Part shown: positions 17,652 through 27,152 of the stretch, piece by piece
Numbering within the stretch: position 1 is the first letter of the stretch
Layout of the letters: each line of letters opens with the position of its first letter
Origin: Synechococcus elongatus PCC 6301
GTDB taxonomy: Bacteria > Cyanobacteriota > Cyanobacteriia > Synechococcales > Synechococcaceae
NCBI RefSeq assembly: GCF_000010065.1
Contig: NC_006576.1
Span: 600,001-632,000, forward strand
DNA length: 32,000 bases
Reading direction: 5' to 3'
Notes under the pieces: generated by a model
The model's input: the letters and a program-made list of their open reading frames with translations, nothing else
Database searches by the model: none
Told to the model about the DNA's origin: nothing
Made by a program: the position numbers and the translations under genes

Positions 17652-19040
17652 ATGAACAAGATGCCAGGGTCGTGGACAACGGGGCGCATGCTCTTGATCG
17701 GCGGTGCTCTGCTTTTCGCAACTCTCTGGCTGAGCGATCGCCTCTTGACGGTCGTCAGTGCGGGCGGCTCTTGGCTTGGCTTAGCGATCGCGGGGCTACT
17801 GCTGTTGCGCTGGTTACGGAGTCAACCACCAGCGATCGCAGCAACTACGACGAAGACACCGCTGCTGACCCGAGCGATCGTGGAATCGCGCCTAGAGGCC
17901 TTGAGCCAGCAAGTGACTGAGCTAACTGAAGAGTACGGGCAAGCTTGCACGGATCCGCTACCAAGCCTGCGATCGGGCTTGCAAACGCGAGACCTCAAGC
18001 TGGCCGTCGTTGGGGCACCAGGTGTCGGCAAAACCAGTTTGGTCAATGCCCTCGCCCGCGACTGGCAACCACGCTTCAGTCTCGAGCTGCAAGATACGTT
18101 CTGTCTGTTCCGCAACATTGCCACAGCCGCAGAGGCATTCACTCTGCCACCGGATCTGTTGTCTGCTGACCTGATCCTGTTTGTGATTCAGGGGGACCTC
18201 AGCGCCTCCGAGCTGCGCTGTTTGCAGAGCCTCTTACCCCAGTCCAATGTTCTGGTGATTTGCAACAGTACGGCGACCGCTGCAGAAGCCGAGCGAGAGC
18301 GAAGGGCTGTTGCAGCTCATCTAGCGGGCCTCGTCTCACCTGAAGCAATTGTGTCGGTGTCCGCGATCGCCAGCGATCGCACGGGCATTGCCTCCCTCCT
18401 GCAGCGGCTGGACCAGTGGCTGAGCAGTCGCAGCCTCGAACAGCATCTGTTGCAAGCCGTCGATCGCGCCATCAATCGCCAGCAGGCTTGGCTGACCGCT
18501 CAACTGTTTGAACAGCGCCGTCTACGGGCGATCGCCGCGATCGATCGAACCCAGTGGCTTGTGGCAGGAACAGTCTTCCTCAATCCAGTGCCCAGCCTGG
18601 ATCTGATTGCTACCGTTGCCGCCAACGGTCAGATGCTGGTCGAAATTGGCGGGGTTTTTCAGCAGCGCTTCAGCGTTGAACAGGCAAAAGCGATCGCCCT
18701 CAGTTTGGGTGACCTGTTGATCAAGCTGGGCTTGGTGGAATGGTCAACGCAAACGCTGGCCGGGCTGCTCAAGAGCAGTGGCTTGGCCTACGTGGCAGGT
18801 GGTGCAGTACAAGCTATCAGCGCCGCCTACCTCACGCGGGTGGTTGGCATTACCTTGATCGAGTTCCATCGCCGTCACCCGCATCTCAGCTTAGAAACGC
18901 CAGAAGCACGGCTAGAACTGAGTCGTCTGTTGCCCGAGGTGCTCAGCCAAGAACAGCGCAGTGCGGTCTTGACGGGTTTCTATCGTCAGGCCAAGCAGTG
19001 GCTAAGTCAGCAGCCGGCCTTGCCGGCCAGTGCCTCCTGA
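17652..19040 (+). CDS. membrane-anchored P-loop GTPase-like protein with C-terminal DUF697 (YcjF-like) domain
   Basis: Has N-terminal TM helices and the G1 motif VVGAPGVGKTSLVNALA. The C-terminal part has the DUF697-type pattern (FLNPVPSLDLIATVAANGQML...AYVAGGAVQAISAAYLTRVVG). The ATG at 17652 is preceded by AAGGA. Confidence 0.7.
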   Translation: MNKMPGSWTTGRMLLIGGALLFATLWLSDRLLTVVSAGGSWLGLAIAGLLLLRWLRSQPPAIAATTTKTPLLTRAIVESRLEALSQQVTELTEEYGQACTDPLPSLRSGLQTRDLKLAVVGAPGVGKTSLVNALARDWQPRFSLELQDTFCLFRNIATAAEAFTLPPDLLSADLILFVIQGDLSASELRCLQSLLPQSNVLVICNSTATAAEAERERRAVAAHLAGLVSPEAIVSVSAIASDRTGIASLLQRLDQWLSSRSLEQHLLQAVDRAINRQQAWLTAQLFEQRRLRAIAAIDRTQWLVAGTVFLNPVPSLDLIATVAANGQMLVEIGGVFQQRFSVEQAKAIALSLGDLLIKLGLVEWSTQTLAGLLKSSGLAYVAGGAVQAISAAYLTRVVGITLIEFHRRHPHLSLETPEARLELSRLLPEVLSQEQRSAVLTGFYRQAKQWLSQQPALPASAS

Positions 19041-21004
19041 GGCACTTGGTTGAGTAGCGCCAGCAGGGGGCCAGCTTGTTCTTGTCCACTGACGGCTAGG
19101 TCACTGTGGCAGAGAATGATGCGATCGCCCGCCCGAGCCAAGAGGTCTGCGAGGCAGCGCAGCAAGCGAGTTTGGGCTGCCTCAACGGGATCGAAGGGGT
19201 GCGGTGGGTGCCGTAAAAAGGCGGCGTAGCCGTAGTAGGCAGGCTGGTCGCGTTCCCAGAGGGGCGAGCCAATGTCCAGCCAAAACTGCCAGCGATGCTG
19301 GGCCTGAAGCATTCGGTATTGATAGAGCGTCGCGAGGGTGACGGCAGCGATCGGCGGCTGCCACTGGCTTTCTGGGAAGGGATCGGCGGCAAAGGTGCCA
19401 TCCATAACCAAGCTGTAAAATCGGCCCGCGATCGCGGCTTCTGGTGCCGTTCCAAGGACGGCCTGTAACTGCCAATGGTGATCGGCCACTTCGAGCAGAC
19501 GCCGTAGATGGGCAGTGTCTGCCAAACTGAGGCGATCGCGCGGCAAGAATTGCTGGGCAGCAGCTTCTAGCTGACCTAGGGCAGAGGGCTCCGTCTGCGC
19601 TTGGTGAAGCCAGTCCAGGATCGACTCATAGGCCCGAATCGCTTCGTCACCAAAACGATCCCAGCGCGGTGCCGCTGTCACTGCCAGTAGTTGGGGCTGC
19701 TCCCGTTGCGGCAGATAGAGGACATCCGCCATTAAGCCTGCTCGCACCGCATCGATCGCGCCATCGCTTAAGGTGGTCAGCATTTCTGCTACAGCCTCGC
19801 GCCGTAGGTGAAGCCCTAAACCTGGTTGGAGAAAGGCCAGGAGCGTGAGCAGCGATCGCACCAAGGCCGAACTGGGTAGGCGGCGCTGCTCTGCGAGGGG
19901 ACGGACGGCAATCCCTCGCTTCTCTAGAATTTGGATCAAGGTGTAGCGAGCGATCGCATCAATACCGGGACCCACGATCGCAATCTCTTGGGGTTGAATC
20001 ACACCGTTCTCAACGGCTTGAGCGATCGTTTCGGCCACCTGCCGCAGCAGTTGTCCCCGCGACACCGTTTGCAGACTAGAGAAAGGGCTCTCAAACCACA
20101 CTGGAGCAGTATCCAACCCATCAGCGGTTTCTAAGCTGGCTTGGAGGGCAGGTTGCCAGCAACTCAGACCAACGGATCCCGATCGCTGCGCCGGCGACTC
20201 CCCGCCAATTGCGCTCGCCCATGCTTGCCAAGCTTCAGGATCGGCCCCTTGACCTTCGCGGCAGCGGCCGAGGGGGTTGAAGGTACAGCCCCAGGGCCAG
20301 CCAGCGGCCTGAAATCGCTGGAAAACCGGTAGCAGTAACGCTGGATATTCATCGACATCATCACCGTAGCAGCCGCTAAAGCGCTGACTGAGGCGATCGC
20401 GATAAGTTGCCAGCGGCCAGAGATCTTGGCTGTAGAGCAGCGCCGCTAGACCATAGCTCAGCAGCCCCTGCGCCAAACACCAATCGACCCAAGTCTGGAG
20501 GGCAGGTACGATCGCCGGTGGAAGAGAGGCAGGCAGAACGGCTTGCAGGCGCTGGGGAATCTCGGGAATTGCAACGCCCGCCAACCCGGCCAGTAGCAAC
20601 AAGTCCAAGCAGCGCCGTACCGAAGCGGCCGCTACAGTACCGGGCCAGAGCAGACTTTCGTCGTTTAACCAGCCTTGCCAAACTTGACTGGCCAGAACCT
20701 GCTCGCTTTCCGAGGGTAGGAAGACAACTTGGTTTGGGGCTTGCGACAATCGCAACCAAGGCCAGAACAGCTCTACTTCCTGCTGAATGAAGCCAAGGGG
20801 CGTCGCAGTTTGATAGGTGGCAGTAAGGCCAACGGTAGCGCGAAGTCGCGTTTCGAGTTGTAGGCGGCGATCGCCCGTGGCAGCAAAAATTAGCAGCGGC
20901 AGGCTGCTCGGGGATTGCGATCGCCCTACCGCTTGCACCCACTCTGGTAATTGCTCGGTCCGTCCTTGCCGACTTGGGCAGTCGAACCACATGGCCGTTG
21001 ACAT
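19007..21004 (-). CDS. conserved hypothetical protein with a degenerate UvrD/AddB-like SF1 helicase layout (no Walker A)
   Basis: 665 aa. Helicase-like blocks occur in the canonical order but are degenerate: LLIFAATGDRRLQL where AGxGxGKT is expected, YGDDVDEYPALL in the motif II position, EIAIVGPGIDA, VTLATLYQYRMLQAQHRWQFWLD in the motif V position and RLLRCLADLLARAGDRIILCH in the motif VI position. Confidence 0.55.
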   Translation of the reverse strand: MSTAMWFDCPSRQGRTEQLPEWVQAVGRSQSPSSLPLLIFAATGDRRLQLETRLRATVGLTATYQTATPLGFIQQEVELFWPWLRLSQAPNQVVFLPSESEQVLASQVWQGWLNDESLLWPGTVAAASVRRCLDLLLLAGLAGVAIPEIPQRLQAVLPASLPPAIVPALQTWVDWCLAQGLLSYGLAALLYSQDLWPLATYRDRLSQRFSGCYGDDVDEYPALLLPVFQRFQAAGWPWGCTFNPLGRCREGQGADPEAWQAWASAIGGESPAQRSGSVGLSCWQPALQASLETADGLDTAPVWFESPFSSLQTVSRGQLLRQVAETIAQAVENGVIQPQEIAIVGPGIDAIARYTLIQILEKRGIAVRPLAEQRRLPSSALVRSLLTLLAFLQPGLGLHLRREAVAEMLTTLSDGAIDAVRAGLMADVLYLPQREQPQLLAVTAAPRWDRFGDEAIRAYESILDWLHQAQTEPSALGQLEAAAQQFLPRDRLSLADTAHLRRLLEVADHHWQLQAVLGTAPEAAIAGRFYSLVMDGTFAADPFPESQWQPPIAAVTLATLYQYRMLQAQHRWQFWLDIGSPLWERDQPAYYGYAAFLRHPPHPFDPVEAAQTRLLRCLADLLARAGDRIILCHSDLAVSGQEQAGPLLALLNQVPQEALAGKAGC

Positions 21005-21076
21005 TGCAGCAATCTCAGAGCACTACAATCATGGGACAGTCACTGCTGGCATCGCCGCGATTTCCTCTGATTTACT

Positions 21077-22342
21077 ATGGCGTTCTTTGCAGGGATTTCC
21101 GATTGGGTTGCTCAACGCCTTCAGCGGAATTCTGAAACTGCGCGGCTCGACCTAGAGCGAGCCTACGAGGCTGCTCTCTACATCACCGCCCTTGAAACTG
21201 AATACGCCAGCGGGCGATCGCTGCGGCGCTTGCCCTCCCAGCTCAGTGCCCGTCAGCAGACGAGTCTCCAAGCGGAATTGCGACAAACACTCCGCAGCCT
21301 GCGGCACTACCGACAGCGCTACAGACGCCATCAGCCCGTCCAGCTCCAAGCGGGGCTAGCCTTGGGCCGACCCGGGATGGGGATGCCGACCATCGCCCAT
21401 GAGAAGCTACAACTCATTGAGCAAGTCTTAGCCCGCTACGGACAGCCCACTGTTCACTCCTCCAATCCTGATGATTCGCAACTGATGACCTCGAAAAACA
21501 ACTCGAAGCCAGTTCCCGATCCCGAAAGTGATGATGAGTATCTGATCAGTCAGACAAGCTTTTTACCGCGATCGATTTTTGGCGCGTTTGCTGACTTACG
21601 CCAGCAGCTAGATCCCAAGGCCGAAGACCAGATTGTTCAGAATTTTCGATCGCGCAAGGGCAAAACCCTAATCGCTTTACGGTTTGTCCTGCTGTTGGTC
21701 TTGGTACCCCTGCTAACACAGCAAATCAGCAAGTCATTCATCGTTGGCCCCATCGTCGATCGCCTGCGCAGCCAAGACCCAGAGGCAATTTTCCTCAACT
21801 TCCAAATGGAAGAAGAAGCTTTCGTCAAGCTGAATCAATACCAGCAGCTACTCCGCTTTCAGCACTACCTCAAAGAAGCCCCACCCCTGACAGAGGCTGA
21901 AATTGATGAGCGGGTGCGGGAGAAGGCCGAAGAAATCGCTGTTGAATATCGCCAAGAAAGTTCTAATGCAATCAAGAACATTTTTGCGGACCTCATTTCT
22001 GCAGCAGCCTTTGCTATCTTGCTGATTTCCTCACAGGAAGAAATTCAGCTGCTCAAATCCTTTATTGATGAGGTTGTCTACGGCATTAGCGATAGTGCCA
22101 AGGCCTTTATCATTATTTTGTTCACTGATATTTTTGTTGGCTTTCACTCACCCCACGGCTGGGAGGTGATCCTAGAGTCAATTTCTCGACACTTTGGAAT
22201 TCCGGAGAATCGCTCTTTTATCTTCCTGTTCATTGCGACTTTTCCCGTCATCCTTGACACGATCTTCAAGTATTGGATCTTCCGCTATCTCAACCGGATT
22301 TCACCCTCGGCTGTGGCGACTTATCGCAACATGAACGAGTAG
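21077..22342 (+). CDS. pxcA: proton extrusion / envelope membrane protein PxcA (CemA homolog)
   Basis: The C-terminal block [78 protein letters not shown] is the CemA/PxcA signature. It has the long hydrophilic N-terminus seen in cyanobacterial PxcA. Confidence 0.85.
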
Positions 22343-22351
22343 ACGATCGCC

Positions 22352-22894
22352 ATGCTATCTGTCGTCACAGGCCCCAGCCGTTCTGGTAAAAGCGAGTGGG
22401 CTGAGCAGCTGGCGTTGCAGTCACAGCTCGCGGTGACCTACATTGCAACAGCGCAAATGAATCTGGAGGATCCCGAGTGGTGCGATCGCATTGCCCTCCA
22501 TCAACAGCGCCGCCCCGCTGACTGGCAGACCTTAAATATTCAGGCTGAGCTGGCAACAATCCTGACACAAGCCAGCGATCGTGATTGTCTTTTAGTCGAT
22601 TCTTTGGGGACTTGGGTTGCTGCTTTTTTAGAAGATTCAGAGGCTGATTGGAGCCAACGCAGCGAGACTTTATTACAGTCGCTTCAAAATTGTTTAGCAA
22701 CTGTCATCATTGTTGCGGAAGAAACAGGCTGGGGCGTTGTACCAGCCTATCCGCTAGGGCGACAGTTTCGCGATCGCCTCGGATCCTTAACCCGTGCAAT
22801 TTCTGGGCAAGCCGATCAAGTTTTTCTCGCGGTGGCAGGCTATGCCCTAGACCTCAAGTTGCTAGGTGTCATGATTCCGAGCACAAGGCTATAG
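22352..22894 (+). CDS. cobU: bifunctional adenosylcobinamide kinase / adenosylcobinamide-phosphate guanylyltransferase
   Basis: 180 aa with the P-loop VTGPSRSGKSEWAE, then YIATA, LVDSLGTWV and the ETGWGVVP block typical of CobU/CobP. Confidence 0.85.
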   Translation: MLSVVTGPSRSGKSEWAEQLALQSQLAVTYIATAQMNLEDPEWCDRIALHQQRRPADWQTLNIQAELATILTQASDRDCLLVDSLGTWVAAFLEDSEADWSQRSETLLQSLQNCLATVIIVAEETGWGVVPAYPLGRQFRDRLGSLTRAISGQADQVFLAVAGYALDLKLLGVMIPSTRL

Positions 22895-22983
22895 AAATCC
22901 TCAAGATTGAAAGCCCATGTTGCCGGACTAGGATGAAGGCGAGAGAACTCAACGATTCAAGTCCATTCAGCAAGGGCATTGCT

Positions 22984-23427
22984 ATGGCTTCCCTGCAACA
23001 ATTGCAGCAATATCTTGCCTTATGGTTTCAAGTTGGACAGAGCGTCATTGCAACTGCAAGTGGCCAGACCTACTGCCCGCAACCAGTGCTATCACAGGGT
23101 CAATACTCAACTGAGTTCCGAGACTGTTGGCAGCAGCTTGAGCATCTGGGCCTAGAAAATTGTTACCTCGAGGGCACCGTTCTCAGTCTGCAGGAGCTGC
23201 TGAGTCCTGCGTGGGAGATCACAGGCTGTGCCCGCTGCTTAATGCCGATCGCTCTCCCAATCGGCAAAGTGCAGAGTCTGTCCTGTCCCTGTAGTGACTC
23301 GTTGGCCTGGCCCAATTTTGAGCTGCCAATGCCCCACGTCCCAGAAGGTGCTAACGCTTCCTTGCAGCGGATTTGCGATCGGATTACGGCGGGCGATCGC
23401 CGCCGCGACTTGGCTCAGTGGAATTGA
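22984..23427 (+). CDS. hypothetical Cys-containing protein (alternative start 22933)
   Basis: The ORF-track frame 22648-23427 overlaps cobU for about 250 nt. The ATG at 22984 (MASLQQLQQYLALWF...) follows an AAGGG and removes the overlap. No motif recognised. Confidence 0.5.
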   Translation: MASLQQLQQYLALWFQVGQSVIATASGQTYCPQPVLSQGQYSTEFRDCWQQLEHLGLENCYLEGTVLSLQELLSPAWEITGCARCLMPIALPIGKVQSLSCPCSDSLAWPNFELPMPHVPEGANASLQRICDRITAGDRRRDLAQWN

Positions 23428-23531
23428 ATCCTCAGTCATTCCCCGTCATCCGGACTGCCAGTCCCGCAGAGGCGTCCACACTGATCAACAATGAGGGGAA
23501 AAGCGTTCGCATTCTAAAACTGATTCCAACG

Positions 23532-23858
23532 ATGGCGACTTATCACTACATTTTGGCTAGCGAAAAATTTTTGCTCGAAGAGGAGCCGCTCGAAGAGGTG
23601 TTGCAGGAGCGCCAGCGCCACTATGCAGAGCGCAATCAAACCATTGATTTTTGGCTAGTGCGGCAGCCTGCTTTCCTTGAAGCGCCTGAGTTAGCGAGCG
23701 TGAAAGCACAATGTCCACAACCTGCTGCTGCGATCGTTTCGACCAATCCGCAGTTCATTACTTGGCTGAAGCTGCGCTTGGAGTTTGTCTTGACGGGAAG
23801 TTTTGAGGCTCCGACTGCTGCGATCGCCGATCCTTTAGCTTCATTGGTGGCTGCCTAG
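23532..23858 (+). CDS. ycf54: Ycf54-like protein (DUF2488; Mg-protoporphyrin monomethyl ester cyclase partner)
   Basis: MATYHYILASEKFLLEEEPLEEVLQERQRHY...IDFWLV..PAFLEAPE...AAIVSTN.QFITWLKLRLEFVLTGSFEAP matches my memory of Ycf54 (Synechocystis Slr1780). The internal ATG at 23532 is used. Confidence 0.6.
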   Translation: MATYHYILASEKFLLEEEPLEEVLQERQRHYAERNQTIDFWLVRQPAFLEAPELASVKAQCPQPAAAIVSTNPQFITWLKLRLEFVLTGSFEAPTAAIADPLASLVAA

Positions 23859-24045
23859 TTGCGATCGCCCGTTCCGCGCCACTCTTGACTGTAGATCAGC
23901 AGGGTGGCGCGACTAGTGGCTGAGCTATGGGTGGGAAGCAATCGCTCATCTGGACAGCATAGGCTGCCGTTGCTTTTTCGCCTTACCTGCTCAGACCCAA
24001 GCGGGTGAGGAATACACGATTCTTGCAAGCCTTGGGATCTCGTCG

Positions 24046-24066
24046 GCTATCATTCTCAATATGACG
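24046..24066 (+). promoter_or_regulatory. Fur-box-like A/T-rich element just upstream of fur (weak)
   Basis: GCTATCATTCTCAATATGAC contains ATCATTCTC, compared with the ATCATTATC half of the classical GATAATGATAATCATTATC box. It lies 17-37 nt upstream of the fur ATG. Only a half-site match. Confidence 0.25.
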
Positions 24067-24082
24067 AGCTAGTTGACTCGCA

Positions 24083-24526
24083 ATGACCTACACAGCGGCC
24101 TCCCTCAAAGCGGAATTGAACGAGCGAGGCTGGCGATTGACGCCTCAGCGCGAAGAAATTCTGCGAGTCTTTCAAAATCTCCCAGCAGGTGAACACCTCA
24201 GTGCTGAGGACCTTTACAATCATTTGCTGAGTCGCAATTCACCCATCAGCCTCTCGACTATCTATCGCACCCTGAAGCTAATGGCTCGCATGGGTCTCCT
24301 GCGAGAGCTAGATCTGGCCGAAGATCACAAGCACTACGAGCTCAATCAACCCCTGAAGCATCACCATCACTTGATCTGCGTCAGTTGCAGCAAGACGATT
24401 GAGTTCAAGAGCGATTCCGTGCTCAAAATTGGCGCCAAGACTTCCGAGAAGGAGGGCTACCACCTCTTGGATTGTCAGCTCACCATTCATGGCGTCTGCC
24501 CAACCTGTCAGCGATCGCTGGTTTAG
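24083..24526 (+). CDS. fur: ferric uptake regulator
   Basis: Has the winged-helix part LTPQREEILRVF...LSAEDLY and ISLSTIYRTLKLM, the HHHHLICVSCSKTIEF metal site and a C-terminal CPTC. Confidence 0.9.
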   Translation: MTYTAASLKAELNERGWRLTPQREEILRVFQNLPAGEHLSAEDLYNHLLSRNSPISLSTIYRTLKLMARMGLLRELDLAEDHKHYELNQPLKHHHHLICVSCSKTIEFKSDSVLKIGAKTSEKEGYHLLDCQLTIHGVCPTCQRSLV

Positions 24527-24574
24527 GTGCAGCTAGCGTAGCGTCCGCAGAAGCAACGACCAATGACAATGGTG

Positions 24575-25726
24575 TTAGGAAACGGCACTTGCGGACAGCA
24601 CTGCAGCTGGCAAGAGGTCTTGATAGAGCTGTTCGAGGCGATCGAGGTTGCCCTCAAGGGTGTAGCGATCGAGCACCCGCTGGCGCGCCTTACAACCCAA
24701 AATGGCGCTGAGTTCCGGTTGGTCGCGCAGAACAGGCAACAGTGTCTGGAGCTGAGCGGAGGTCCGCTGCGGATTGAGCACAATGCCGGCGCCGCCTTCC
24801 AACACTTCCCCATCGGCACCCGCATCGGTGGCTAGGCAAGCCACACCGCAGGCCATCGCCTCTAACAAGGAGAGCGATAGTCCTTCCACAAAAGAGGGCA
24901 GGATGAAGGCATCCGCGGCACGCAGCATTTGGATACGGCGTTGCTCATCGGCCTCAAATCCCCACCACTGCACCCCTTGCTCAGGGCCATAACTGACTTC
25001 TAGCAGCGATCGCAGCGTACCGTCCCCAACAATCAACAAGCGGCTTTCCGGCCCCAAATTTGCCAGCTTCCAGCCCCGGAGTAGGGCTTCCACATTTTTC
25101 TCAGCCGCAATTCGCCCCATGTAGACAAACAGGCGATCGACCCCGAGTTGTTGCTTGAAGTCCGAGGGCCCAGGGCTATAGCGATCGATATCGACCCCGT
25201 TCGGAATCACGGCAATGCGATCGCTCGGAACCCCCAGCCGAATCAATAAATCTCGCTGGATTTGGGAGAAAACGACCGTGCGATCGTAGCGGGCGAGACA
25301 GGGTGCGTAGAGCTGATAAGTCAGGTGCTGCGTGCCCGAAGAAATATTGCGGAGCTTATGGTCAAAAGCGGGATGGAAGGTCGCTACCAACGGTAGCCCC
25401 AGTTCTTCACAGATCTCTGGCAGCAGAAAATCCAGCGGCGAGAGCGTCAGTGAAGCGTGGACGAGATCAGGGCGAATTTCTTCCAGCGAAGACTTAAGAA
25501 CTTTGCTGGAACGAAAGGACGGGATTGTATAAATCTGAGATTTGTAGAGGCAGGGCAGCGAGACTTCTATGCCCTCACTTCCCTCATCACTGGCTTCAGC
25601 TTCACTTTGGGCAAAGTGGAAAAAGCTGACATCGTGGCCGCGATCGCGCAGCGCGTTGGTAATTTCTCGACTGTAGGTGACGTTGCCGCAGAAAGGAGAC
25701 TTCTTACCCAGCCAAGCAATCCGCAT
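24575..25726 (-). CDS. family-1 (GT4) glycosyltransferase
   Basis: MRIAWLGKKSPF... forms an N-terminal Rossmann half. The C-terminal half carries the EGLSLSLLEAMACGVACLATDAGADGEVL motif (E-x7-E type). Confidence 0.85.
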   Translation of the reverse strand: MRIAWLGKKSPFCGNVTYSREITNALRDRGHDVSFFHFAQSEAEASDEGSEGIEVSLPCLYKSQIYTIPSFRSSKVLKSSLEEIRPDLVHASLTLSPLDFLLPEICEELGLPLVATFHPAFDHKLRNISSGTQHLTYQLYAPCLARYDRTVVFSQIQRDLLIRLGVPSDRIAVIPNGVDIDRYSPGPSDFKQQLGVDRLFVYMGRIAAEKNVEALLRGWKLANLGPESRLLIVGDGTLRSLLEVSYGPEQGVQWWGFEADEQRRIQMLRAADAFILPSFVEGLSLSLLEAMACGVACLATDAGADGEVLEGGAGIVLNPQRTSAQLQTLLPVLRDQPELSAILGCKARQRVLDRYTLEGNLDRLEQLYQDLLPAAVLSASAVS

Positions 25727-25769
25727 ATCATCGCCGTACCAATCTTAATGGGCAGGATAGCACTGAGTC

Positions 25770-27152
25770 TTATCCGGTGCGGTTATGACTGAGCCAGCTC
25801 CCTAACAGGACGATTGCTGATAATCCCAAAAGGGTGGCCGTCAGCCCCAGCCAGCTCTCAGCCAGACCTGCCACGGCGAGCGGCAAGCTGAGGGCGATAT
25901 TGATCGCATTGTTTTGCAGCCCGAAAACCTTACCCCGCATGTCCGTGGGCGTTTTTTCCTGAATGACGGTTTGCATGGGAATGCCCAGCGCCGCTGCAAA
26001 AATTCCGAGAGTCGTAATACAAACCACACTGCCGGCCATGCTCGGTTCGAGACAGGCCAAAATCGCCAGCATGATTGCCATGCCAACCGAGCCGGTGAGG
26101 GCAAGACGCTGACGTGAAAAGCGTTGCCCAAACTGACCGACGAGTAGGGCTCCAATACCCATCCCTAAACCAGCGACGGAGAGCAAGATCCCAAACTGAT
26201 CAGCCCCTAGGTTGGGAATCAGTTCTGCCAGCCGTACCGCTAGGACTGCGAGCGCAGCAAAGACCGAGAACAGGATCACGAGCTGCACCATTGCTGCCCG
26301 CACCAAGGGCTGTTGCTGAAGGTAGTTCAGGCCATCCAATACATCCGCCCAGAGATGGCGATCGCTCATGTGACTGCGATCGCGGGGACGCAGCCGCAGG
26401 CGGATGAACACCAGCCCCGATAGCACGTAGAACATGCCCACTAGGATTTCTTTACCTTCCCCCATACCGACCTGCTCCAGCAGGGTATCGGCCAAACTCA
26501 GGAGCGGCTCACCAACAGCAAAGCCAACGATCGTGGCACCCATCGTGGTAGTGGTGTAGATCGAATTAGCAGCCAGCAAGTGCGATCGCCGCACAATCAG
26601 CGGAATGACAACCTGCTCTGCCGGTGAGAAGAATTGATTGAGAGTGGAGACGAGAAACGTGATCGCTAGCAAGATTTGAAAGCCGACCGGCTGCCCAAAC
26701 AGCCACGTTTGACCCTCGGTCAGATACAGCAACAGGGGAATGGCCAGCACCATGATTCCCCGGATGACATTGCTCCAAATCAAGACCTGTTTGAGGGGAC
26801 CGCGATCGACCCACACCCCGGCTAAGGAACCGAAGAGAACAGCAGGGATGGTGTAGGCAATCATGATGGCTGAAACCCAACCGCTGATCGGCTGCCCCTC
26901 GACTTGAAAACGGCTGCTGATCAGCGCAATCATCAAGACGAGGTAGATCTTGTCAGCCATCTGCGAAAAAATTTCGGCTAGCCACAACGCCAAAAAGTTG
27001 GGGTTGCGGAGCACGGGCCAAAATCCAGTGCGACCAGCGGGCGACGGCTGAGCCTTCATCTCTTCATCAGTAACATCAGGAGGAGGCGTCTGCTCACTAG
27101 GATCTTCAGGCGTCGGTGGCTGTTCTAGAACCGGCTCAGACAGAGGCAACAT
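25770..27152 (-). CDS. MFS transporter
   Basis: 460 aa with about 12 hydrophobic helices and an acidic/Pro-rich N-terminal tail. An MFS loop motif-like segment (WVDRGPLK) lies after TM2-3. Confidence 0.8.
   Translation of the reverse strand: MLPLSEPVLEQPPTPEDPSEQTPPPDVTDEEMKAQPSPAGRTGFWPVLRNPNFLALWLAEIFSQMADKIYLVLMIALISSRFQVEGQPISGWVSAIMIAYTIPAVLFGSLAGVWVDRGPLKQVLIWSNVIRGIMVLAIPLLLYLTEGQTWLFGQPVGFQILLAITFLVSTLNQFFSPAEQVVIPLIVRRSHLLAANSIYTTTTMGATIVGFAVGEPLLSLADTLLEQVGMGEGKEILVGMFYVLSGLVFIRLRLRPRDRSHMSDRHLWADVLDGLNYLQQQPLVRAAMVQLVILFSVFAALAVLAVRLAELIPNLGADQFGILLSVAGLGMGIGALLVGQFGQRFSRQRLALTGSVGMAIMLAILACLEPSMAGSVVCITTLGIFAAALGIPMQTVIQEKTPTDMRGKVFGLQNNAINIALSLPLAVAGLAESWLGLTATLLGLSAIVLLGSWLSHNRTG

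Noticed and set aside
20998-21029. TTGACA ... TACAAT as the pxcA promoter
   Set aside because: Both hexamers are good matches but the spacer is 20 nt rather than 16-18. I cannot support it as a promoter call without TSS data.
22648-22983. Long 5' extension of the 22648-23427 ORF overlapping cobU
   Set aside because: It overlaps 250 nt of the well-supported cobU in another frame, and the extension looks like frame-shifted noise (CCGRNRLGRCTSLSARATVSRSPRILNPCNFW). An internal ATG with an RBS-like AAGGG is available at 22984.
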